Shown one piece after another: positions 45,786 to 62,139 of a stretch of 64,000 nucleotides of DNA. Both the position numbers and the translations under genes were made by a program. Source of the stretch: the human T2T-CHM13v2.0 reference genome, Homo sapiens. Location of the stretch: NCBI RefSeq assembly GCF_009914755.1, contig NC_060940.1. One strand, 5' to 3'. The notes beneath the pieces are model-generated. The model made no database searches, was not told the DNA's origin, and saw nothing but the letters and a program-made list of their open reading frames with translations. Numbering within the stretch: the stretch's first letter is position 1; each line of letters begins with the position of its first letter.

Positions 45786-46287
45786 TAGGAGGAATTTTGA
45801 AAGCATTTAGCACAAATGAGCCTAGCATGTAAGTTGCATTCCCGATGCTAGAGCTATTATTTTTAGTAATAATAACATATAAATCATGGGAAAAGGATAC
45901 AACCAGGCTGATAGGTCAATCCTGCATCCTACCAGATGCTAAATATCTTGCAGATTGCCCCTGGCTACACCCACACCTAAGTAAAAATAACAAGTGTCTG
46001 GAAGGGACCGTAGACAAGTGGCAGGTGACATTCTTCTGCCTAAACTTCGGAGCCCTGTGATTACTGCTCCCATGTCATTTGTGTGATCACTGAACGGCTG
46101 TGATTCCAAATGGGTTTTGATGAGAATCTACCTGCAACCAAGAAAGGAACAAATGGCTCTTAACCGTAGATATCACTAAGCCGCTACCAAGCAGGTATTG
46201 ATCAGAGCTGAGGCAAAACCCAGGCTGATGGATGGGGCAACTCTGAGAGGGGATGAGGGAGCAGAGGTGTCTCTTCCCCCAGAGGAT

Positions 46288-46289
<2 letters not shown>

Positions 46290-46337
<48 letters not shown>
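46290..46337. repeat. (AC)24 microsatellite
   Basis: Uninterrupted dinucleotide run. Confidence 0.97.
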
Positions 46338-46340
<3 letters not shown>

Positions 46341-47039
46341 GTTGGTTTTGAAAACTCACTGGAAAATAGGGAGGGAGGGGCAGGGTGGGGGCAGAAGAGC
46401 CAAGGGAGTCTGTGATTTAGGGGAATTTGCCAGACTTTCATTTTGGTTACAAAAGAAATATTTGAAAGCAAAGAAATCCATGAACAGCAGAAGGCTTTGT
46501 GGAGCCATAAATAAAGATCAGACACACAGGGCAGGGCGCTGAGCAAGCAAAGCCACAGGCAAGAGAGTCAGCCTGGCTGCCTAGGCTCACAGGTCCACAG
46601 TTCTCAGTCGTTCATTCACTCACTCAAGCCACAAGTATTTACTGAGCACCTACTATGTGCTGGGTGCTGTTCAAGGTGCTGGGGACATAGCTACGAATGA
46701 AACCAATGAGTCTGCTGTCTTGAGGAGATTGAAAATAAACAAGTTTTCAAAAGTCAATAGGATTGGGGAAACTGAGAGGGGAGGATCGCTTGAGCCCAGG
46801 AGTTTGAGGCTGCAGTGAGCTATGACTATGCCTTTGAATAGCCACTGCACTCCAACCTGGGCAACACAGTGGGACCATGTCTCTAAAAAATAATAATAAT
46901 AAATACAATAGGATCATGTCAGGTAGCGGCAGCCACAGCAGAGAGGTTAAAGGAACAGACAGACAACCTGGGTTTAAATTCTGGTTCTGCCACTTACCGG
47001 GTGGGGCCCTCGGGCAAATCATTTAACTTTTTTTGCAGT

Positions 47040-47808
<769 letters not shown>

Positions 47809-48814
47809 ACACTCATTCTTTGTGTGTAAAATGGGGGCACCTCCCTCATGGGGTTGTTAAAAACTAAAAGAGTTAATATACTCCTGTATTTGCTTAGGAC
47901 ACGATGTGATACATCATAAGTGCTATATAAGCATTGATCATCATTAATGGAAAAAATAAAATTAAAATCACTCAATGCAAAAAAAAAATGTCTAGAGTGG
48001 GGCTATATCAGTTAAGAGTGTCCAGGCAAGATGTCTATGAGGAGGTGACATTTGAGCTAAATCCTGGTAGGAAGGAGGAAGCTAAATAAAGAGTTGGGTG
48101 AAGATAAATCCACACACAGCAAGTGCAAAGGCCTGAGGTGGGAGCAAGCTTGCTTCGTGCTTTTTTTCTGTAATCCAGAGGCCAGTGAGGTGGGAATTCT
48201 GGTCAGAGGATTTTAAAGAAGCCGGTGGCCCAATATAATTTGCGTTTGCAGTAGATCACTCTAGCTGCTGGGTTGAGAATGGATCTGTTGGCTTCACAAG
48301 TATTTCCTGATGGCCTGTTTTGTGCAAGGTGATGTAACAGGTATTCGGGAGGATTTGAAGATGAACCTCATGCAGTCCTGACCTTAAAGTGCTCAAATGT
48401 AGAAGAGGCAGTGAGCTGGGCGTGAGGACTCTACAATCAAGAAAGTGCTGTGTGCTGAGAGAGAGGGGCGGGGGGAGAAGCTGGCATAGCTCCAAGGATG
48501 TAGGGGGAATGAGCAGGACCCTAAACAATGACAGGAATGTAGCTGTGGAGAAAGAAAGGGTGTTCCAGGTAGAGAGGAACAGAATAAGCAAAAGAGGAGA
48601 CTTTGTTGAGGGCAGTTAAGAAACCCAATCAACCCAGAGCATAGGAGGCCTTCCTCTGAAGCCAGAGACAGCAACTGGGGCCAGATGGCAGAAAACCTAG
48701 GGTGCCAGGTGAGAATCCAGCCATTCCTCCCAAGGCAGTGGGGAAGTATTCCCAGAGTTTTAAAGAGATGAGAATTAAACCATCTTTTCTTTAGCCTGCT
48801 GAATCTAAAATTTA

Positions 48815-49420
48815 TATCAGACTTCTCTTAGTTGCAAGGGATAGAAATACAACCACGACAGGCATAAACAGAAGAATAATTCATCAGCTAAAAAGCAGAT
48901 CTGGCTTCGGGCACAGCTAGACGGAGGACTCGGTCCTTTTCTAACTTTTGGCTCCATCTTCCATGCTGTGGCTTGGGTCTCAGACTCCATGCCATGGTAA
49001 GAAAGTGGCCGGAAGCCAAGCCAGCTCTTGGGACCAAAAAAAAAATCCCTGATTTTTAGCAAATCCTTCTACTGTGGCAGATTTTGAATGCCAAGTTGAG
49101 AAGAAATGTGTGAAATCAGCTTTCAGGGCCACAGGAAACAGCCCCAACACACCTAGACCCACATCCAACCACCTTCAAATCCACTGGGCACAGCTCTCTT
49201 CCCCTGAGGTTGCAGCAGACATTTCATTGTATTGCATAACCTCTGATTTGGTCATGAATCCATCAACCCATCCACAGGGGAATGTGATGCTTTGACTGCC
49301 GTAGGCCTGGGTCTCCTGCTTCAACCTCAGTCACAAACTACATGGCCTGAGCATAGAAAGAGCTTGACACCCAGCAGAAAAAAACAACAACCAGAGTATG
49401 GTTACCAGAAAAAGGGATGC
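48815..49420 (-). mobile_element. Ancient MLT1 (K/L-like) LTR
   Basis: ATCAGACTTCTCTTAGTTGCAAGGGATAGAAA...GGCTTCGGGCACAGCTAGA. Confidence 0.55.
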
Positions 49421-49470
49421 TGGCTATGGGGCAAACACAACAGATTGTTTTCCTATTAAGATGGTTTGAG

Positions 49471-49953
<483 letters not shown>

Positions 49954-52900
49954 CTATGGGAGACACCTCTGGGAGTGTGTAGTCTTAAGATGGATGATTC
50001 ATCATTCCCGTTCCTTTACCCAGGGCAGACATTGCTAATCGATCATGGCACTCTCCCACGGAGCCTGGGAGACGCCTCACAATCCTTCTCCACACAGCTG
50101 TCCAGGCAGGCACTACCAATTGAGAATAGAAGGGATGAAGGATTAAAGCTTTCCATTCTCCTTAAACTTGTCTGATTCCATCATGAGCCACAGTAGAAAC
50201 AGGCCCAGAGATGAGTGCAACTTGCGCATATCACAAAGGCAGAGCCTAGGGATGCCCAGAGTCTTTCAATTCTCATTCAAACCTGTTCGTATCCAAGATG
50301 ACTCAATAAGGAGGAAGGAGTCAGTACAAAGAAGGTTCCAGGGCATGGGGATGCCCAAAGTGGCAATGACTTCCCACTGCTGTTAGAAAAATCTCCCAAT
50401 TCCCTATCATGGCCATCATGGCTGCCCATGATCTGGTCCCTACCTTCCTCTCTGACTCCATCTCCTACCATTCTCCCCTTACCTTCCATGCCCCAACCAT
50501 TCTCTCTTTCTGTTCCTCAAAACATGCCAAGCTCGGTCTCACCTCAGAGCCTTTGCAGGATCTCCCTACGGGGATGACAAAGACATTCACCAGAAGCTCC
50601 AGGCAAACACCCCTCTGACTTGGTCCACACCCAGGAGAAGGAGAGCTCCATTTTTTCAGCAAATGCAGCAGAACATCTAGCTTCCTAGAATCCAGTACTC
50701 ATCATGGCAGCCAAGAAGATGGAAAACTCCAATTGGCCAAGCCTGGACCGTGTGCCCAGCCTTGGAGATAGAGCCAGCCTCACCCTGACCACACAGGCTG
50801 AGAGTGATGGAGACATGGGTGCCCAATGGAGAAATTACATTACAGGAGGGGGAGTCGGCTCAACATTACACCCTAGTTGATAATATGGAGTCCATATCAT
50901 TGGATTTTCACCTGAAAGGAGGAAAATAAGAGACAGAGTATTTAGAAAAACCCATATCTTTCAATGCTTATTTATCATCCTGGGAGTAAGGGCCAAAAGT
51001 GCAGCAGTAAGTGATTTATCCCATCCCTCTTGATGAGGATCTATCCCATCCCATGCCAAATGGCATGTTCCGAAGGGGGCTGAATTGAAAAAAGATTATG
51101 GAATCTTGACTCGGGGGAAGGGGCCTTGTGGCTCGGTCAGAATGTCCTCCTTTGAGGCATACCTTCCATGAACCCATTGTACATTAAGAGGACCAAAATT
51201 TAAAATCTTCAATTGTCATATTTTAAAGTATTCCCAAGCTCTGAATAACCAGAACTCACATCCAGGCTCCTAAAACATTTGGACTTTGTTGTGCACGATC
51301 AATTAACAATGTCTGGTGTGGGCGAAGGTGGTGAGGAATCATGGTGTGCCTACTGTATCTTTGCTGACCCTAGTCTGTGGGCTTTTTTGGACTGTAGCAT
51401 GGCTGCCTGAGGCCAAAAAGATCCCCACTTGGACCTGAGTTGTCCGCACACCAGGCTGACTTAATTAAAGTGAGCAGGATTACTAAGTCATTATTTAACG
51501 ATGGAGAGTTTCCAGGAGTCGTTGGGAGGCAGACGCCACCTCCAGGGAAACTGCAGTGCCTTCTGTCCTCCACCATGGCTGCACAGCCCTCTCTCTTTTA
51601 TCATCTTCCCTGCTGCAAGTGTTTTCCCCGTTTGCTATCTGATCTTGCAAAATAGGAGTGAGACATGTTTTGCTCAGGAAAATGCAGAGCAGCCTGAGGA
51701 GCGTGGGCCGGTCACTTGCTATAGCAGCCATCCCGGGAAGTCACTGTTCATCACGGCATGCTCCTGTCACCCTCCCAGCCGGCAGCCTGCAGGAGTCCTG
51801 TGATGGGCTGAAAGGCCCTCAGGGAACCTGTAATTAAATCCCAGAAGATTGCCACTTCTCCTGCTGGTGAGGGGAGGAAACAGCAAGGCACAGCAGGCGT
51901 GTCCAGACAGGGCTGAGCAGAGGCAACCAGGCAGGGACAGGCTTCACGGCTGCAGTGGCCAAGAGCAGAGAATGCAGGGAGCTGGGAATATGTTTAGTCG
52001 TGGGGAATAAGGGGCCAGATGGAAGCAGGTGATTTCTAGCTAGACCTAGGCTGAGAAGGGCTGGAAACTTTTATGTTCTATCAGACGGAATGAAATTAGC
52101 CGAGGTCCCTACCCATTCTAAAATTCTATTACCCATCAATCCACCTGGTGAACAAACATTTGCTGTGACCAGAGCCACTTTTCAAAGCAAAAATCCAGTT
52201 ATATCACTCCCCTGCTCCCCACTCAGGCCTGATGGTCAGCTAATATGCACCTGCACAGCCATTCTGACGGTTCAAATATTAAAATATTTTCCTACCAGCT
52301 CATACCAGTAAGTAGCTGCTGTCTTCAGCACCTTCTCCAAGTGTTTCACCTGTTCTTTCCCCACCGCACCCCCAGTCCTCCATCCAACACACACACTGCT
52401 CCCATGCCCTCCAAAACCCTGGAGTTTCCCTGCCAAGACTTGGTCCAGCACCACGGCCAGTGTCTGTTCTGATGGTTGGTGCCGGTGTGTTGTTAAAGAT
52501 TTTGAATGTCATTCTTACTACTATTTAAACTCCATAGCCTTATATCTGCCATATTCCTTTTAAACATCAACCCTGTTAACTTTTACAGCCTCATCTCTCA
52601 CAACACAATCACCACAAACCCCAGGTACATGAATTTCCCACCATTCCCCAAAAGAGACATGCAAGGCACATTCATGTGCCTGGATTTCCCTCTCCCTCAT
52701 TTTCCCTCCAAAACTCCTACTCATCCCTCACAAGCTTTCTCAATTGTGCCCCAGTTCTTATAACCTGGCTTCCTGCTCAGTTAGGGGAACTGGCTTGATA
52801 GCTTGGATATGCCCTGTATATAACCAGATCTTTGTGTTGGTTTCTTTTCCAGGCTCTTGTTTTAGTGACCTGTCTTATGCGGCAGCCCCTTCTCAAGTTG

Positions 52901-53885
52901 AGGACCCTGCCTTGATCGTACCTGTGACCCACTATTGTTGGCAGCTGCAAGAGACAGGGAAAGAGACTGGGGCATCAGAATGTCACTATTTCTAATAACC
53001 TAAGCCAACCCTCAAAAGACCATCAAGTAAGGGTTGCTTTTTCTTTTTCTTTTCTCTCTCTCTGTTTTTATTGTTGTTGTTGTTGTTTGTTGTCTTTTTT
53101 TTTTTTTTGGCTTCCTGAGTCCATTATGTCCTTCAGTGCTGGTGATCAGAACATAATAAACAAATTAATCAACACTTCATTTATTTACCCTTGTTCTGAC
53201 CATGCACATGTGCCTCTCCTTATCCATCACCCATCCTTCACACCCCCAAAATGACTTATTTCTCTCTCCTCTACACTACCCTCATTCCTCCATCTCTCTT
53301 GTGGCCTCAAGAATGTCAAAACTGCAGTTTTTCTCTCTTTATCATTCCCATGTTTCCAGGTCTCTTGATGCCCAAGATATTTGTCTAATTCTATTGATCC
53401 AATATGTTCTATTTCTCTCAACAAAACATAACTACAAAATATTCCCCAGCATGGATGACCATATAATTATGCCTTTTCCTTCACATATCTATAACCAAAT
53501 ACATTTTATATACTTTCTATTTAACCTAGTAAGTTTCCCTACTCAATGATAATAGATCACCCCCGACCCGATCGATAGTACCGATCACCTCTGTGGGAAG
53601 ATGAGACTCTGATGTGGATGCTGACCTGAATTCCTAGTCCCTGTGCCCCCTCCTCATCTCGTCCCTCTTTGTTCACTCTACACTATTCTTTCTCCCATGA
53701 CCCAAGCTTTCAGCACTGCCCTTTGGACAGCTCTCCAATACATTTGCCCCAGGGTTAGAATCCAGTGATGGATGACAGCCAATCCTACACAGCAGCCTTC
53801 TTTCAAAACACAGACAGGTAGAGCCATCCCATGGAGATGCCCATAAGCCTCCTCATCACTCCTAACTCCACACCTGCTCTAACAT

Positions 53886-54187
<302 letters not shown>

Positions 54188-54557
54188 TAAACATACTATT
54201 TGCATGAACTGATTTGACAAATTGAACTGGTATTCATGGGCTGCAAAAAAACCTGGTACTGGGAGATGTACCAGACACAACCACCAAGCTTGGCTCTGCT
54301 GCTCCCGGCCAGGATCAGGTCTCTGTGTGGCACTCAGCACACCACAGCCATCTGGGCAGCCATGGCCAAGTGGCTGTTCTGCCCCTGTACCCCGAGAAGG
54401 CTCCTGCTCCCCAGGAGGACCATCCTCACTCCCACAGCCCAAACACCTTTTGTCAAAGTCCTGTCCCTGGGGCACCCACATGCTAAGAGCAAAGGGAGAG
54501 GAGACCTCACCAGAAATCCTCACCAGTGCATGCATGTGGCAGAAAGTGCCAAAAACG

Positions 54558-54897
54558 CCAGGCAAAGTGGTTCACACCTATAATCCCAGCACTTTGGGAG
54601 ACTGAGGCAGGCAGATCGTTTGAGACCAGGAGTTTGAGACCAGCCTGGCCAACATGGCGAAACCCCGTCTCTACAAATACAAAAATTAGCCAGGCATGGT
54701 GGCGGGTGCCTGTGGTCCCAGCTACTTGGGAGGCTGAGGCAGGAGAATCACTTGAACCCAGGAGGTGGAGGTTGCAAGATTGAGCCACTGCACTCCAGCC
54801 TGGGCAACAGAGCAGGACTCTGTCAAGAAAAAAAAAAAAAAGGAAGAAAGAAAGAAAGAAAGAGAGAGAGAGAAAGAAAGACAGAGAGAGAGAGAGA
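54558..54897 (+). mobile_element. AluS with (GAAA)/(GA) tail
   Basis: Dimeric Alu. Confidence 0.9.
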
Positions 54898-55139
54898 ACG
54901 TGCCAGAAAAACCAATTACAAATAGTGTTGTGGGAGCCATTTCTTCAGGTACCCTCTGAGAGAGTGAACCCTTGTAATTAAAAGAACAAACTCTGGACCC
55001 TGTGCTCAAATCTTGGCTCTACCACACACTTGCTCTGTGACTTTGGGGAAGTTACCTAACCTCTCTGGGCCTCAGTCTCCTCAAAGTAAAATAGGAGTAA
55101 CAATAGTGTTAACTCAGGATTTGTGAGAATTACTTCAGT

Positions 55140-55430
55140 TTCATATTTAAGTGCTTGATATTTATAAATGTAATATTTATATTTATAAAGCATTTACATC
55201 AGTAAGAGAAAAATTATACACACATAAATGCTTATAAAAATATATAATATATATGCACAAATATATATAATGTCTATATACACAAATATAGACATTATAT
55301 ACAGTATTATATATTTAGATATACTGTAATACCATTGATCGATATATTAAAGAGATATTTATGTACTATATAGAATATGTGTACTTCATATAATGTATAT
55401 GCATACGTGTATGTATGTGTGTACACACAT
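55140..55430. repeat. AT-rich (TA)-like low-complexity tract
   Basis: Direct reading. Confidence 0.75.
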
Positions 55431-55704
55431 TACTAAAGGTTGCAAGAGAGAGAGAAATGAACAAATGTACTACCCTAACACAGCTATTATTTTCTAAAAA
55501 GTATTTTCTTTTGATCTTTTTAAAAATTTGCATACATTTTTACATCATGCAGGGCCTACAGTTTTGTGTGTTGAGTTTTTTTTGGCATAAATAATGTCAT
55601 AAATGCTGTGTCATGTGGCCACAGAAACTTAGAGTTTCTTTTGTATGACTGTATAATATCCCAAAGAGCATGGAGACCTGAATTGACTTAGCTGTTGCCC
55701 TTGT

Positions 55705-56200
55705 ATCTGCAGGAGTGCTTTAGGCTGCAAGTAACAGGAAGCCCTGACTCAACTCCCTTAAGCAATAAGGGATTTTCTTATCACACACAAAAGAAAACTT
55801 AGAAGGAAAATATCTCTGGAGTTGATTAATTTTGCAGCTCAACAATATCACCACAGAAAGGGCGTTTTCATATTTGTGCTTTGCCATCATGAGGATGATA
55901 GATGATGAGTTGTCCTTAATTTTGACCCTTACAGTCATAATATGACTGCAACTATCCCAGCTGAAGTGGAAGAAGAGGTCGACTCACATCTCTTAAGAGT
56001 AAGAGACCTTCCCCAGTCTCCCAGCAACACCGGCTCACACGCCTACTTCTAAACCAATCACTGTCAAGGGAATGGGATAGCCATGTGGATTTAGACCAAT
56101 CAGGATTCACTCCTGGACTGGGGATTTAGGAGCTCATTCCCCAAGAGTGGACAGGTAAACAGAACCAAATTCCTTCTGGAGGAAGGAGAGTAGGGTGGAC
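55705..56200 (-). mobile_element. Ancient MLT1 LTR remnant
   Basis: GCTTTAGGCTGCAAGTAACAGGAAGCCCTGACTCAACT...CTAAACCAATCACTGTCAAGGG. Confidence 0.55.
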
Positions 56201-57473
56201 AGATATTAGGGAGACAGCTCACAGTAATTGTCTTGTTCCCACTTCACACATTTCTCTTACATCCAACTTGGAGGACCAATTATTCCTGAGTAAAGGAATT
56301 AAAATTCTTAAAGGATATGACATTTGATCAGGGCTTTAAAGGATGTGTAAATGTCAACATAGGCAGGGCCAACATTTCAGGCTGAGGTTCCAGCATGCCT
56401 AGAGGCAGAGAGGCAGTAAGTTGTGGGGCATTTTCCAGGAAGAATGAGTGTCCCCGGAAGGCTGTGGTGTCAGGTGGTGGGAGGGAGGAGGGGTGGAAGG
56501 CGAGGCTAGGTTGAGGACAAATTGGGAGAAGTGTTTAAATGCTGACTGAGAAAGAGTCTTGACCCAGAATGTTGTGGTCATGGGAAGCCACTGAAGATTT
56601 CAGAGAAGAAAATAGACACAGAAAAGCTGAGCTTTCGGGGAGAGAAAAACCTGGCTATGGATAAAAGATGCATAGCAGGAGAGAGATGGGTGCAGGGAGG
56701 CCAGTTAGGAACACGCCATGACCATCCGAGGGTGGGTCCCAACCATGCAATGTTCACGGGAAGGAGGTGAGAGATTCCACCGATGCAGGAAGGTGAGCTT
56801 CACGGAACCAGTAGGTGCCTTCACGTTAGGACAGGAACCGAGGGGCTGGGGGTGACAAGGTGAAAGATGGCATCATTAACCAAGCCCCCAAAGGAGAGAA
56901 AACAGAGGATCTACCAAGAATAGGGCAGTGCCTGGGGCGTGCACAGAGTCCTGGGTTTCCAGGCAAGGTGCCAGCACCTCACACAGTGACAGCAGACAGC
57001 AGCCCAGGAGATTGGAACAAAAATGCATTTATGCCAACATCAGAGGAAAAGGGGGAAAAAATTAGCTGAATGAAATGGCGAGTACATGGTAAAATTTGGG
57101 AAGCGTGCTCTGTGAAAGTTTTTGTTTGTTAATTGAGGCGGGGCTTCTAATTGGATTTCAGAAAAACAGTCTTCATGAATACAAGATAGGAAAAAGGAGT
57201 GACAAAGCCTTCTCCAGGGACAGACACGGGACAGCTGATGCAGGGCATGAGAAGTCATCACCGATGTGTTCCACAGCCACCTGACTGCAAGTCAATCTGG
57301 TCCCTGTCCTGGCTTTATAAAGTAAGGGAGGGATTATCCATTTATTAAGGACCTGCTATGTGCCAGGCACCAGGCTAGGAAGGCAGCCATGTTCAAAGTA
57401 GTCCTGGTCCCTGCCGTTGCAAAACTCATGGACAGTCTAGTGGGTGGAGGCGGCAGACAACTGAAAGATGGTT

Positions 57474-57800
57474 GATTGCAGGCACAGTGGCTCATGCCTG
57501 AAGCCACTGGGCCTGGGAGGCCGGTGCTGGTGGATCACCTGAGGTCAGGAATTTGAGACCACCCTGGCCAACATGGTGAAATCCTATCTGTGCTGAAAAA
57601 AAAAAAACAAAAAAACAAAAAAACAAAACTAGCTGGGCATGGTGGCACATGCCTGTGATCCCACTACTCTGGGGGCTGAGGCAGGAAAATTGCTTGAATC
57701 CAGGAGGCAAAGGTTGCAGTGAGCTGAGATCACATCACTCCACTCCAGCCTGGGCGACAGAGCGAGACTCCGTCACAAAGGAAAAAACAAACGAAAAAAA
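57474..57800 (+). mobile_element. AluSx
   Basis: GGATCACCTGAGGTCAGGA; dimeric body. Confidence 0.88.
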
Positions 57801-58096
57801 ACCTTAGATAAGGAATCCCACTGGAGAAGCAACTCATTGAAGAAAGTGACATATGGGGTGAGCGCTTAGCAGTATGAAGGAGTCACGTAAGTCAAGATAG
57901 CATAGAGGGCTGATGACAATTAAGTGTCCACCGGGATAGAAGCATTTAATAACGGCCCAATTAATTATCTCAACAACCCTGTGAGGTAGATATTAGTACT
58001 ACCCCCAATTTTCAGGTAAGGAAACTGAGGCTCGGAGGGTTTAGAAATATGTTCAGAGTTTGACGCCAGAAGCCAAGCCCTTGACCTCTGCACTGA

Positions 58097-58475
<379 letters not shown>

Positions 58476-59600
58476 TGACCTTGCCACCTCTCGCCGGAAT
58501 CCTTCAGTGACTCCCGTTGTTGTTCAGAGGGAGGAAAGATGCCTCACCTGGACCGGCCTCACCTGCTCTGTGGGGCTCAGGCCCGGCCCCTCCCAAGTCT
58601 CCACACTCACCCACTGTGCTCCAGCCACACAAGCCCTCCCTCGGACCCCTCATGCCATTCTCCTCTGCACCACAGGGCCTTTGTACATGCCAATCCCTGA
58701 TTAGAACACTTTCCCCACCTCTGCCCTAAGTTCCTACCTTAGTTGGCTCCCACCCATCCTCAGTGCTCCACCCAGCCACCTCCTCCAGGAAGTCCTCCCT
58801 GATGCCTAGCCTAGGCAAAGTTCATTCGCCACACACAGGTATCACTCATCCTTTCTTCAGACCATGCTTCTTAACCCTGGCCACCCACTGGAGTCACCTA
58901 GGGAGAGTTTAAGGAGCATCGATGCCCACACCTCTGCCTAGATCTGGTGAATCAGAATCTCTTGGGAGGCGTGTGGGGTGGGGAGTGGCCTGGACATCAG
59001 CATTTCCTAAAATCTCCCCAGGTGGTTCCAATGTGTGGACACAGTGGAGGATTCGTGCTTTATCATCATTTCCTCATTGCTTAAGTCATTCTTAGGGTTA
59101 TTTTGTTCAAGTTTGTCTCATCCACTAGACGATACGTTCCATGTCCCCCAGTCCCTGAGAAAGTGAGCACTCAATAAATACTTATTCAGCAAATGCGGAT
59201 AACTGTAGCAGCCAGCATTTATCTAGCATATGCCCTGTCTGTGGACTTCACAAGCATTGTCTTCTTTCATTCTCACAAAAACCCTATCAGGTAGGAATTC
59301 CTATTAGCCCAGTTTGACAGATGGGGAAACTGAGGCTCAGGAGGTTGAAAGGTAGTGAGTCCCAGAGTGTAGATTCCAGCCCTTGTCCATCTGACTCCAG
59401 GACCTGCCTTGCAGAACTTTCTCCCTACCCAACTCTGCCCAGCTCCTCAGGACCCTGCAGTAAACAGCATCTGCAATGTCGCCGCCTCTGAGCGACACTC
59501 CTGTGTGGGTGACTTGGCCCTTCCCAGTCTCTGGGCCCCTCCAAGACGGCCCCCAGCCCAGTTCTAAGGAAAACAAAGTTCTTGTGAGTGGAAAGAAAAG

Positions 59601-59633
<33 letters not shown>

Positions 59634-60058
59634 AAAGCCCAGGCTCAGTCTGTCTGGTTCATCAGTCTGTCTGGACACCAGGGAGAGGCTTCTAATTGGA
59701 TTCAGTCAGGCTGCTTCCTGCTGACATTTGGTGGGTGGTGACATTCGGCAGGTGAGGGACTAGGTTAGAAAGTCGCCAAGCAGGCCCAGGCCTCGGGAGA
59801 GGGAGTTTAACCTGTGTGGCTTTGATGCTGGTCAGAAGCCACACTCCCTTGAGAGCTGTCCTGATCTCTATCCCAAGAGACCAGACACCAGCCGGCGCTC
59901 CACTTAATGCCAGCCAGAGGAAGGCTAAGGGGCTTAGAGTCTGGCTAAGGATTTCTGTCCCTCTTTGCTTCCCTCCTTACAAACTAGCAGACTGAAAACT
60001 CTCCAAATCACGGAGTGATGATTCACAGAGGTTATTAAGGTGCAGGGACCTGGGAAAG

Positions 60059-60242
60059 CAGTGGTTCTCAGCCCTGGTCACATGTAAGTATCTCTTCCAG
60101 AGGAGCTTTTAAAAACTAACAATGCCCAGGTCCTACCTGAGACCTATTGCATCTGAATGTGCAAAGGTGCAGCCCAGGTACCTGTATTTCTCAAAACCTC
60201 CCCAGGTAGTTCCAAGGGACAGCCAGATGTGAGAATCACTGC
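60059..60242 (+). mobile_element. MER5-family element (others at ~27040-27210, ~32620-32775, ~58860-59050)
   Basis: CAGTGGTTCTCAGCCCTGG...CTCCCCAGGTAGTTCC...GAGAATCACTG. Confidence 0.75.
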
Positions 60243-60294
60243 GCTAGAAGGTAAATAAATGGCTCCTGGGAAGGGACAGACGGTGACATCATAG

Positions 60295-60815
60295 TGTGTG
60301 GTGTGGACTCACCCAGCCCATTCTCCCTTCTTCTGTTAACAGCTGACTTAGGGAACTATGCCTCCCCAACCCTCGGTCCTGATGGTTTGGGATTGGTCTT
60401 GCTCCTAGACCCGGGGATGGTCACACAACCCAGGCTTGGCCAATCAGAGTTCTGAATCTCCCTAAAGACAGTGGTTGATTCAAGAAGGGCGTGTAACCCA
60501 AGTGAGCCCGGTGGGAATCAGCCGTAGGGCCTCTGTGGGTGCCGCTAAGGAAGAAAAGCTCTCTTCCCTCTGGGACTGCTAAGTACGGACATCCTCCCTT
60601 CTGGAGAGAATCTGCCTGCGAATAAAGCCGTAACAGAGGAACTGCAACATCAAAAGGTGAAAAGAGACAGATTCCAGTGAAGTAGTTTGAGTCCTGGATC
60701 CAGCCATGCCTGAAGGATGATTTCAGTTACTTGAGCCCATAAATTCCCTTTTTCCTATTACCCTGTCTAAATTGTGTTTCTTTTATTTGTGGTTTGGAAA
60801 AGTATTAACTGATGC
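60295..60815 (+). mobile_element. MLT1K-like LTR
   Basis: GGCCAATCAGAG...CCTGGATCCAGCCATGCCTGAAG...TTTCAGTTACTTGAGCCCATAAATTCCC. Confidence 0.7.
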
Positions 60816-61770
60816 TGCTGTTACTGATACATCTGCCCCATGGTGAGATTGATGAGGTGAAGCTGTGGGCTAGATTCCACTCCACATACCCCAGGCCAAC
60901 CAGCATGGCGTGAGCAAACCAGGAATGGGAGGGAAGAACAGCTCTCTGCCCTCCTCCATGGAACCTCCTTCCTTACCATTACCTTCCTCTCCTGCCAGCA
61001 TGGGTCTCCTGCAGCCCAGATTATACCCTAGAACAGGCCATGTGCAATAGCCAAGCCACTGCACAGCCAGGCCTCCCCCATGTATGCAGTGCTTCCTGGG
61101 TGTGTGTATGAGAGTCAGAGGCTTGGATTGCAGCCCCATCTCCACCTTTTGGCCAGGGCTGGCACTTACATGCCTCTGGGGTTGAAGGGCCTCCTCAAAT
61201 TTTGCATTCTAGATCCCTCATCTTAGTCCCAGCTTGCTCCTAGCAGCCGATTGACTTAGGGCAGATTCCATAACCTCAACGCCTTCACTTCCTCATTGAG
61301 AAACCACAATAGTTTTACAGAGTGCCTACTAGGTGCTGTTCTCATCGTTTTTCCTGTGATGCCTCACTGGCCCCACATGGCCAGCCCCCTCACCTCCTGG
61401 GGGTCTTCACTGAAGTGACACCATCCCAGCGAGGCCCCCCTAGACTGTTCTCTTCACAATTGCAACCCTCCCTGCTTTATTTTCCTTGTCACCACTTAAC
61501 ACCATCTAACACGCTCCACAGGTCACACATTTATTTGTGGTCTGATTCCTCCCACTGGGATGTAAGCTCCAGGAAGACAGGATTGCTTTTCTTTTCTTCA
61601 CTGCTGTATTTTGGGGGCCTTGTACAGTGCCTGGCACATAGTAGGTGCTCAAGAAATGTGCACTGATGGAAGGAATGGATTCAATGCTCAGAAGTAAGCA
61701 GTCAGGTAAGTCCAATTAGCATCTCAAGGTAGACATTGTCCCTGAGAATACAGCATTTAGGAGGTCCTGA

Positions 61771-62139
<369 letters not shown>

